This document shows, piece by piece, positions 1 through 10,200 of a stretch of 64,000 nucleotides of DNA (positions are counted from its first letter, which is position 1; every line of letters starts with the position of its first letter). This stretch comes from Geosiphon pyriformis uo1 (lineage: Eukaryota; Fungi; Glomeromycota). Where the stretch lies: the NCBI GenBank assembly GCA_016748015.1, contig JAAOMT010000375.1, positions 2,946 to 66,945 of the forward strand, in the 5' to 3' direction. A program made the translations under genes and the position numbers. The notes under the pieces are model-generated. The model was not told the DNA's origin and did not search any database. It was given only the letters and a program-made list of their open reading frames with translations.

Positions 1-4
1 CAAC

Positions 5-1099
5 ATGTTCGACCCAGTGGACGAATTCCAGGACTACTACCAACAACTATGCCCCACTCGACAAGAGCAAGAACAATACCTCGCCCAAATCAACACTAAC
101 CTCTGCAAAAACTGTCTCATCCCGTGCCAAAGTCAGTGCTGTGAAGAGTGTCAAGACGAAAGGGACTTAGAAAGAAAAATGGAAATTGAGAATCAGCAGT
201 CTCAAAATCAATCAATAAATCAACAAGACTCACTTGACGGTCCCGAGTCAGAAAAATTTGTAGCCTATACCGACCTAGAACAGGTGACCGACATCCGATA
301 CTTCGACAACGGGCACTTAGGAATAATACCCGAAAGAGCCCATCCAACTGACGCTGGATTCGATCTACATTATCCAGAAGACCAATCCACAACGTTACCA
401 CCCAGGAGCATCACCAAAATCGACCTAAAATTAGCGGTTGAAATTCCGCCAGGAATAATGGTTCAAATGGCGTCGCGATCAAGCCTCGCGAAAAAAGGAA
501 TAAGCGTTCAAGGAGGAGTAATTGACTCTGGATACACTGGAAATTTGATGGTTTTGCTACAGAACAATTCAGAAAAGCCTTATACCATTGAATCTAAGGA
601 AAAGATTGCACAAGCAATTTTTCTACCATTGGTAAAAATTGGGAAATTCGTGCCAGTGGAAAATCGTGAGGAATTGTCACAAACAACGAGAGGAACTTTT
701 GGTTTCGGATCGACAGGAAAAGGAATTGAAGCGAATTTCGCTGAAACAATAGAGGAAAAAGGCGAAGTAATTAAAAATGAGCGGTCCATCACGCTCCTAC
801 CATATGGAAAATCAGAAATAAGAATAAAAAGGACAATTAAAGAAAAAGACCTAATATTTGAGCCCTACCCAAAAACTTGCCAACAGTTTCTCATAGGACT
901 TACTAACCTTTTTATTCCAGCTGATAAAGCTCAATGGATAAAAATTCCTATCGCAAACACCACAGAAGAGCCCGTCTACATTCCGGAAGATACCATCATT
1001 GGATACCTCGGAACGGAGCTAGAAAACGCGTCAACACCACAAGAAATTCTAAATTTCCCAGAAATCGCCCTCTACTGTGAACTCACTTCAACAAATTAA
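5..1099 (+). CDS. Gypsy polyprotein fragment: Cys-rich segment, intact trimeric dUTPase and a degenerate dUTPase-like repeat (probably 5'-partial)
   Basis: All five dUTPase motifs are present: AGFDL, RSSLA, GVIDSGYTG, KIAQ, RGTFGFGSTG. It is homologous to the dUTPase regions at 57173-57706 and 63365-63830. Confidence 0.9.
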   Translation: MFDPVDEFQDYYQQLCPTRQEQEQYLAQINTNLCKNCLIPCQSQCCEECQDERDLERKMEIENQQSQNQSINQQDSLDGPESEKFVAYTDLEQVTDIRYFDNGHLGIIPERAHPTDAGFDLHYPEDQSTTLPPRSITKIDLKLAVEIPPGIMVQMASRSSLAKKGISVQGGVIDSGYTGNLMVLLQNNSEKPYTIESKEKIAQAIFLPLVKIGKFVPVENREELSQTTRGTFGFGSTGKGIEANFAETIEEKGEVIKNERSITLLPYGKSEIRIKRTIKEKDLIFEPYPKTCQQFLIGLTNLFIPADKAQWIKIPIANTTEEPVYIPEDTIIGYLGTELENASTPQEILNFPEIALYCELTSTN

Positions 1100-1176
1100 T
1101 AACACAGTATTGAACCACTATAGTAACTTAGAATTTAATGAAGAAATTAACTTCGATTTCGACGGAGCTCAATCTT

Positions 1177-1190
1177 GAAAGGAGGGGATA
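1177..1190 (+). promoter_or_regulatory. Polypurine tract of element A
   Basis: GAAAGGAGGGGATA lies immediately before the LTR start TGTTA at 1192. Confidence 0.85.
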
Positions 1191-1191
1191 A

Positions 1192-1443
1192 TGTTATGGT
1201 TTAAGAATTTAGCAAAAAGAATCATAAAAATAATACNNNNNNNNNNNNNNNNNNNNAAGGAGTACATAAACACACACAACAATCAAGAATTAAAGAATAA
1301 CTTACATCGCAACAGTAAAAAGAAAGCCTTCAGTGTAACAGTGACATTATCACACAAATAGAATTGAGGAACTCACGAAAGACTGATTGCAATTAAAGCG
1401 GGATATCAGCAATTAAATATAACAAGAAAACCATCCCATAACA
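1192..1443 (+). repeat. 3' LTR of element A (LTR family A; interrupted by an assembly gap)
   Basis: TG...CA inverted ends; both sides are near-identical to the reverse complement of 3333-4362. Confidence 0.85.
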
Positions 1444-2650
1444 ATGTGTATAAAGATAAAAAAAAGATCTGGATATTGCCAAAACTATTTTTGTTTACAT
1501 TAATGGCATTAATATTAACACTGACATAGAAGTTTTTAAAGTCAAAGAATACACTATTATTGTTGACAATGAGTGGTTTAAGAAAGCCAAACTTTTGCTT
1601 GACTATAAATTGTGTGAATTAATTATTAAATATAATAAGAAGCCCATTGTAATTAAGTATTACTATTAAACAACTCCTCTAATACCCAAGCAAAACCCAG
1701 AAAAAAAACAATTAGATGAATTAAATGATAAAGAAAACAATAAAAAAGAAAAAGAACAAAAAGAAACTGCTAAACTTGTTTACACTATTTTTATCAATAA
1801 TAACAAGCCACTAGATAATATTAAAACAGATAAAAAAAAATTATTGTAAATGGCAAAATAATTTGTTAGCCTTATTACAACATATTTAGAAGAACTTTTA
1901 ACCAAAATTTGGCAAGAAAGCCAAATACAATTATTGGTGACATGATTTTTGTGTTTAATACTGATACAATAAACTATTGTATTTTCCTAGTAATAAATAC
2001 AAATCTTGTCTAATCTACTATAAAAATTGGAAACCTATTAGCTTAATACCAAAAAAAAAGATAAAAGTAAAAAAGTCTTTTGAAAATAAACTATTTAAGA
2101 TACAATCATTAATAATAAAACAAAAAAAACCTTCTTTGGGAAAAAAAAAAGTAGATATTAAAAACTTGCTGGCTAAAAACAGTCCAGTTATCTCAAAAAA
2201 AGATGATATTTTTGGATGTATTTATGTGATACAATACATTATTACCACTAAAAAAACTTGCTTTATTCACTTAAAGTCTTATTAATCTAACTGTTACAAT
2301 AATAAATTTATTAAAAAAAAAAAATCAGATAAAAAATCTTGGATTTATACAAAAAACCAAGAATAAATAGACATTTTTAGTTGTAGTGATATTCAAAAAA
2401 GATGAAACTCTATGTCTTTGTGTCAACTACTGCCAATTAAATGCTATTACTAAAAGAGACATATATTTACTTCTTAAAATTAGTACAATGCTAGATTAAT
2501 TCAATGATGCTGCTTTTTTCTTAACTATTGATTTAACTATTAAATTCTGAAAAATAGAAATAGATTTAGAAAGCAGAAAAAAAACTGCTTTTATTATTAA
2601 GTATGGTACATATAAATCCATAGTTATGTTTTTTGGTTTTATTAGTACCT
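1444..2650 (+). pseudogene. Decayed Gypsy pol fragment (protease and N-terminal RT)
   Basis: Remnant translations INGININTDIEV..IIVDNEWF, VVVIFKKDETLCLCVNYCQLNAITKRD and KKTAFIIKYGTYK, with many stops. Confidence 0.7.
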
Positions 2651-2659
2651 TTTTTAAGT

Positions 2660-4480
2660 TATTTGAAATTAGGTTTTGATTATTTTTTTTTTGATTACTG
2701 GCTTTTTTTTTTCTGAATTGGTGTTTGCCCAATTATTAATAGATCCGAAATTTGGTTGAAGTGGTGATAATTGAAGTTCTGATAGAGTTGTTGGTCACAA
2801 TTTAAATTCTTCAAAAAAATTATCATAGGTTTTTAATAATTTAGTTTTTTCTTGATTGCTTTAAAATAGTACTTATGTTAATAGTGTTTTTGCTATAAAT
2901 ATAACTATTGATGTTATTTAGATGGTGCTTCTGGACATATAATAATATAATAGGTGGATAGATAAAACAATTTTTGGTTTCTTTTAGATAGGTAATTGTA
3001 TTTTTTTTAGTGTTTTTGCTAAAGTTTGTAACTTTTCTTTTTTTTTGTTTGCAAAGATGATAAAAAATCTCTGTTGAATATAATTCTTAAGTTCTTGATT
3101 TATCTCTGTACTTAGTGGAACAAACAAACAATTTTGTGAAAGTATAATGTTTTGGAGTAATTTACTGTAGAAATTTTTGAAGATAGTTTTTGGATCTTCT
3201 TGGTTTCTTAAATAAGATATAATTTTTTTATTAATATAAAAGTTAAAAATTAATTCTGCTGATCAATAGTTATTTGTTAATTTGAAGTAAGTTTGATAAT
3301 GTTGAAATTAAGTTTTTGCAAATTCTAAGTGGTGTTACGGGATGGTTTTCTTGTTATATTTAATTGCTGATATCCCGCTTTAATTGCAATCAGTCTTTCG
3401 TGAGTTCCTCAATTCTATTTGTGTGATAATGTTACTGTTACACTGAAGGCTTTCTTTTTACTGTTGTAATGTAAGTTATTCTTTAATTCTTGATTGTTGT
3501 GTGTGTTTATGTACTCCTTCTCAGAGGCTGAACTAAAATCTACCCACTGTCTGGGATCTTCTCTGAGGCTATCCTTGCAATTGCCTGATGTGTTTCTCTA
3601 ATCTAGAAACACAGAATGTTAATGGTCTTTAGCGCTTTTCTAATTCTCACAATAAAGCTTTTATCAATTAGTAACAACGTGAATAATCTTGATCAAGGAT
3701 TATTCTTCCAAGGGATTCAGTTGATGAATGATAGTTTCATTCAATAAATAATACAAGTAAGTTTCTTAATANNNNNNNNNNNNNNNNNNNNNNNNNNNNN
3801 NNNNNNNNNNNNNNNNNNNNNNNNNNNNNNNNNNNNNNNNNNNNNNNNNNNNNNNNNNNNNNNNNNNNNNNNNNNNNNNNNNNNNNNNNNNNNNNNNNNN
3901 NNNNNNNNNNNNNNNNNNNNNNNNNNNNNNNNNNNNNNNNNNNNNNNNNNNNNNNNNNNNNNNNNNNNNNNNNNNNNNNNNNNNNNNNNNNNNNNNNNNN
4001 NNNNNNNNNNNNNNNNAAAGTATGATTTAAAGTGGAGTTTGTTGGATAAAATTGGATCTATTGCTTGATAAGTTATGATTTTTATTACTTGATTGATTCT
4101 TTCCCAATATTAAAACTACTGTATATATACATGTTTGTAGTTCTACGAGAAAATACTTTCTTTTTGATATTTCAACCTGGTGCTTGCTGCTATCACCAGT
4201 TGGTGTTGGCTGCTATTGTGAACTGGTGCTTGTCACTATTGCGAGATGGTATTTGCTACTATGTTAATCATTACCTTTCTAAGATTATTACTGTGCTATA
4301 TTATGATTGAATAGTTTGTATTATTTTTATGATTCTTTTTGCTAAATTCTTAAACCGTAACAATGGTTTGTTTTTATTATTTTTGATTTTGCCATTGTTT
4401 TAGATAATAATTTTTGAAGGTTTTGGTTAAGTTCTTTGTATAATAAACAAAGATTTAATTGATAATTTTCTTTAATTTTT
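2660..4480 (-). pseudogene. Decayed N-terminal gag region of a D-like Gypsy, split by a solo LTR
   Basis: Aligns by eye with 61100-61730, including across the LTR insertion point (GCAAATCCTAAATGGTTTG). Confidence 0.65.
3333..4362 (-). mobile_element. Solo LTR, family A (young; contains an assembly gap)
   Basis: TGTTACGG...CCGTAACA ends with a 4-bp TSD GTGG/ATGG. The uninterrupted homologue at about 61677 has a single ATGG. Confidence 0.85.
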
Positions 4481-4559
4481 GTTTTTAGCATAATAGCTGG
4501 TTTATTTTGACAGTTATGTTCTTTTGATAAGTTATTTTTAAGTTTTTTTATCTTTGTTT

Positions 4560-4900
4560 CATAAGTTTTTTACCAGGCTATCCTTAATATTAATTATTTA
4601 ATACTTAATCTTTTTAATTAATTAGTAAACAACAAAAAAAAATAAAAAAATAAAAAATAAAAAAATAAAATAAAAAATTAGTATCTTATTAATAGTCATG
4701 ATCAAGAGCTATTGGTTCAATATAGTTAAGTATTAAATCTTATCAACATAAATTATTAATAATATAAAAGTAATTAATTTTTTTAATTAAGCAATAACAA
4801 CATAAATTAAATAATAATAAATAATTTTATTGATATAGATATAATTTCACTTTAAATTATAAAAAACCATCTTTTAAAAAGAAAGATATTTAATAATTAT
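4560..4900 (-). repeat. Decayed fragment of a D-related LTR
   Basis: Shares TTTTACCAGGCTATC, an A-rich block and AAGAGCTATT..GTTAAGTATT with 52920-53130. Confidence 0.6.
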
Positions 4901-5434
4901 TTATTATCAATTACTGTTTTAACTGTTTTTTTTCTGCTTTTAACATTCTTGTTATATATATATAATTAATATACAAATTTTTTTGAAATTCTTTAATTTC
5001 TTTTAAAAAAAATTCTGGAATTTTTCTTTTTACTATACTTTTTTCTTATTGGCTATTTTTCTATCTATTATAATTTTTATTTCTATGAATAATAACAGTA
5101 ACTTTAATATTAAAAAAACAATAAGTTATAAAATAAATTTATTTAACAATTTCTATTTTAATTATCTTTTAGTTTTTACTTTTAAAATAAATATCCAAAA
5201 AAATCTTTAATTAAAAAAAAATATTAAAATATTAAAAACTGAATTATTATAACTTAAAATATTAAAAACTTTTTGATTTGACTTAATATTAACAAAAAAC
5301 TTCTTTCTCTCCTTCATCCAAAATTCCCAAAAAAGAGTCTAAAGTTTTTTTGAAAGAAGTTTTTTACCATTCAGTACAATAAATTAAAACTGTTCTTTGA
5401 TTACGAGGCCACTGTTGGCTCTGTTATTGCTGTT

Positions 5435-7234
5435 ATGAAGAAAACCATTAAAGTTTCTGGTTCTGAGGGTGGTTTTAAGGCTGTTGCATCAAAAAAAAAA
5501 AGGAAGGGAGGTGTGTTGGAAGAGGATATTGATAATAAAGGGGTTGCTGCCAAAGCTCTTGGTGCTCGTTTATGGGATTCTGAGGCTGGTGACACTACAG
5601 AATCTGAGAGTATTGACATGGAGAAAAAATGCTTGGTTGAAGAAACCAGTGTAAACTATGATGATAATGGTACTTTCACAGGAAGGGATTCTGATCAAAC
5701 CCTAAAGGGTTTGTATATGAAAACCAAAAAAGTGTTGGGAAAGCCACTGGGTGTAATTGATTATGATACTGTCAATGTAGAAGATGATGTGTTGGATGAC
5801 TCTCTTCTTCTCCCATCTCCTCTTCCAGTCAAGCTGTCTATTCAAGTGCCTGTTTGCAAATTCTTTGCTTTGGATATTGATCTTGTAGCAGTGATTGGAA
5901 AATCCTTTTAGGAAAAAGTCAATTTTGTTAGAAAAATCTTTTCAGATATAAATGGTTTTGAGGGGGCCTCTACCCCCTCAAAATTTGGTGAAATCATCCG
6001 GGCATCTTTCACTTCTAAAAAAGCGATGATGGCAGCTGCATAGTTGGCAAATGATCATGGTGTTGTGATAAACACTAATCTTAAGTGCCCTATTAACAAT
6101 CGTATGAATCAGACAATTGTGTTGAAAAAAATTCCTGTGGGAACTTCTATTGAAGCAGTGCATGCAGCCATTTCTGAATTTGGGTTTATTAAGTTGATCA
6201 AGATGCAGTTAGTAGGTTTATGGCAAAAAGCGATCGTCGAATTGGAGAATCAAAATCAGGCTGATCTCTTGGCGGCTGAGTGGTCCATCTTTATTGGAAA
6301 AGATGCGGTGTGTGTGACCTGGGCCGATGTTGACAAACAAATGTGGAATGCCAGAGATGAGTTTAAGACTTTGTTTTATACTCTTCCCATGGGCACTAAT
6401 GCTCATAATCTTTGGGACTTCATTGGTTTGGTCAGTAGAAAAACATGTGTTATTGAATGCAATTCTGTCAGTTATGTCTAGGCACGCTGTGCTACTGTGT
6501 GCTTTGATTCTGAGAGTAGCCTAATTCAAGCAATGGCAAACACTCCTGTTATAAAGGGTGTTGGTCTCTAATGGTCTCATTTAACTACTGCACTGTGTTC
6601 GATTTGCAAAAAATCTGGTCATACTTCTCTTGCTTGTCATACTGCTGATGTGTTCTCAATTCCTAGGAGCAAGAGAGCTCCTCTCTCAACTCAGGATCAG
6701 TTCCGTTTGGCTAAGATTTATGAAAAAAAATCTGCACCTGTTACTCGTCCTTTGGCTTTTGGTAGAAAAACTTGGGCCTCCATGGTTGGCTCTATTCATT
6801 CAAGTGTTTCTCTTGAATACGACTCTCAGCTTGGTTCCATTGGAAATGGTAAACCTCTCTCTCCAGTAGTGAATAATTTGGAAAAACGTTTGGTTAACAT
6901 TGAAAGCAGTTTTGTCAGCCTTGTGAAACAAATTGGTGAGTTGGCTAAGAGGTTAGAATCATTCATACTGGCAGTTTCTCAGCCTAGTCCTGGATGTCAG
7001 CTGCTGGTGACCCCCCCATCGCAGAATCAAGGAGAGAATATAGTGATGGGAGTGGGTTTGGGTGATGCCACTAGTAACAAGACTGCTGCCGTTTCAGGTT
7101 CAACTGCCTCACCTGAGGTTGTAAAACTGGAAAACATGTTGGAAGATCTCTTTGCTTCGGTCATGAGCCTATCAGCGTGCTTGGATGATTTGGCTTTAAC
7201 AGGTGGTGCTCCTTCTCTACCTCTTTTTCAATGA
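5435..7234 (+). pseudogene. LINE ORF1 (RRM-like region, CCHC-like CSICKKSGHTSLAC, coiled coil), with in-frame stops
   Basis: Same-frame ORF pieces 5435-5911, 6044-6481 and 6650-7234; homologous to 24467-26329. Confidence 0.85.
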
Positions 7235-10200
7235 GTGGTTTCATTTGGAAAAATGCTATATGCAATGTTAGAGGAATGAATAATCCTGCTAAGCAAGCCG
7301 ACATTATTTGTTGGCATAGGGATATGAACAATTTAGTTTTTATTGTTACTGAGACAAAGTTAAAGGATAAAGTGCAACCCTGGATTGCTAATAAGTTTGC
7401 CAGTGTTTGTGTTTTTGTTTCTGGTTTGGGTTCTGAATATCTTGGTTCTGGTGTGGCTATTATTATGGACATTGCTTTAGCAAAACATGTGTGTAAGATA
7501 TCTGAGATTCCAGGTCGGCTCTTTTCTGTCAAGATGCTTTTTAAGAATAAACTTTTTGTGTCCATTTTGGGGCTGTATACAGGTGTTTTTTTAGCTGTTT
7601 GATTTTCTCAGGCTGGTGGAATAAACTCTCTCATTGCTAAAACCATGAACGAATTTTTCTTTGTTATTCTTGGTGCTAACTTTAAGAGAAGTTTGGATTT
7701 GGGTCTGGTTAATTTTTTAAGTAGAAGTTCTTTTGCAAAGATGTCTACGTAGTGCAATTCTTGCAGTGCTTTTAAAACTATAGACTATGTTCTGGTTTCC
7801 TCTGGCTTGGTCAATGTAGTTGTTCATCACAGTATAGATGATGTTGGGGACTTTTTCGATACTGATCACAGTGCAGTTTTTATTTCAGTGGGTCTAGGTG
7901 GTTTGCTGGATATACAGCTTTCCTTATTACATAAACAAGCCAACAAAGATTGTTGGAAGTTTAACGTTGTTAATGCTGATAAGGTGAAATGGTGCAAATT
8001 TAGAGATGCAACGGCTGCTAATGCTACTATGCTTTCAGATAACTTTGCTATGGCTAAGAGATTCTTAGATATGAATTCAATGTGGAACATTATTCGCAAA
8101 ATTTTGGTTCTGTTGGCTGGTGGGACATTCAAAAAGAAGTGGTTCAAAGATTTTGATTGTGTTTTTACCAAGGTGTCCTCTAGATTCCATAAGCTGGAGC
8201 TTTTAGTTTCCAAGCTGGTGAAGGCTTCTCGTAAGTCATCTAGTAACAATTTTGAGCTATTATTGGGAACGTAAATCAAAATTGACCCTGGTAGTACAGC
8301 AGTGACTAATTTTATTTTTCTCTCAGGTTCTAATTTTGATGTCATCTATTCTTTATTGGCTAAGGCTAGAAAGGTTTACTGCTTCTTCAAGCTGCTGGAG
8401 TCCAGGCATGCTGAGGAATCTTGAATTAAACAAGTTATTGATAGAAGAATGGAGAGTTTTAAATTAGATAAAGGTTGTACTATTAGAAGTGTTTTGGAGC
8501 GACCCTTTCAGAAAGTGGTTTTGGATCATCTGGTGGTCGATGAAGAGTTGATCTTGGAGCCTAAGCCAGTTAGATCTAAGGTAGATGAGATTATGGAGGG
8601 TTGGACTAGGAAGCGTGCAGTGGTCTCTGACATCTCTGATGATTGGGCTCAACAATACTTGCCTTTGAGTTATGTTTTCGATGAAGCTTTTTCTGATGTG
8701 ATGGGTTCAATAGATTTTGATGAAATGTTCAATGTCATTTTGAATTTGCCTGACAGCAAAACAGCTGGTCTCTTTGGCATCTCAAATGAGTTATGGAAAC
8801 ATTGTGATAAAACAGTTTTGGATATGTTTTTGGTGCTCTTGAATTTCTGTTTGGCTCACGAATCAGTGCTTGGGCCTTGGAAAGAAACATGGGTCTCTAT
8901 AATTCCCAAACCTTAAAAATGGGAGGGCGTTCTTATGAATACTTGTCCTATCACTTTGATTAAAACAGCTTGCAAAGTTCTCTCCAAGATTTTTTCCAAT
9001 AGGATTTTTCTAGCTTACAGCAATTTTGATGTTTTTCATGATAACAATTTCTCAGTTTTAAGAGGTACTTCAACTCATTCTCCTATTTTTGCTATGGGTT
9101 TGGTAGTTGAGGATGCTTTGAAGAAATTCCGGGAGCTTTGGTTGGTTTTGCAGGACATGCAGAAAGCATACAATTCTGTTGGTTGGGAGCACCTTGAAAA
9201 AAGTTTAGTTAGAATCAAGATGTGTAGCAAGTTTATTTGTTTCTTTAGAAATATTTATAGAGATTACATGAATTGGGTTATGACTGATTTTGGACTAACT
9301 GATGGGTATCAGATGCATGATGATTTGGACCAAGGAGAGGTTTTTTCTCCTCTTCTTTGGTGTATATTTTACAATCTTCTTCTGTGTGAAGTCAAAAGAC
9401 AGGAAAGTATGTGCAGATACAAATTAAACTCTTATTTTATCTCTAAGACTGGTTGTGCTGAATTTCGGGCTAGACATTCTTTCTTTTTCACTGTCGGTGC
9501 CTTTGTGGATGATACAATCTGAGTTGGCAGCAGTCAGGTTGCCACTCAGCATATTCTTAATGTGATCAGTGAGTTTTTTTGAATAAATGATATATCTATT
9601 AATAATAATAAGACAGTTGCCATTCCAATCAATTGCTAAGTCAACATTCTATCTCTTTTCATTAGTGGTTCTCCAATCTCTATCACTAAAAAGGGCGAAT
9701 CCCATTGTTATCTGGATATTTTTCTGTTTACTAAAGATCTTTCCAAACCGAGTTTGGCCAAAGCTCACTCAGATGTTAGATTTTTTACCAATCTTGTGCT
9801 GAAAAAAGCCATCTTGGATAAACAGTTTTCTTATTTGGTTTCCTCAGTTCTTTATCCTATTGTTTATTACAGGACTCAGTTCAGTTTTGTTCCCTTAAGT
9901 ATGTGCAACAAGTGGGATACTTTAATTTGTAAGGGTTTGAAATCAAAATCCGGCTTGTCTCTTGACTTCCCCAATGATGCACTTCACCATCCCTCCTTGT
10001 ATAGTCTTAAAACTTTTGAACAAATACAGGCTGAATGTAAACTGGCATTAGTTGTGAGCTTTGCAAATTCTGTTGGTATTTTGGGTTGTCTATTTTCTCA
10101 CAGGGCACATGATTTGCAGGTTTTCAGTTGGCATCCACTTTATCCTTTGTGTTTTCCTGCTTATGTTAAAGTACCCCTTTTAAACAACTTCCTGGCTGGC

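Larger units (their letters stand above)
1..1443 (+). mobile_element. Ty3/Gypsy element A, 3' part; young and internally deleted (RT, RNase H and integrase missing)
   Basis: The dUTPase region joins at about 1091 to the tail of the post-integrase ORF, followed by the PPT and an LTR bounded by TGTTATGG...CCATAACA. CpGs are retained. Confidence 0.85.

Noticed and set aside
5-1099. Host or viral dUTPase gene
   Set aside because: It is embedded in Gypsy polyprotein context with a PPT and LTR, and matches three other Gypsy copies in the window.
1192-4362. Inverted LTR-A pair as the TIRs of one element
   Set aside because: The right copy has its own 4-bp TSD and the left has a PPT, so they are independent insertions. 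Both contain assembly gaps.
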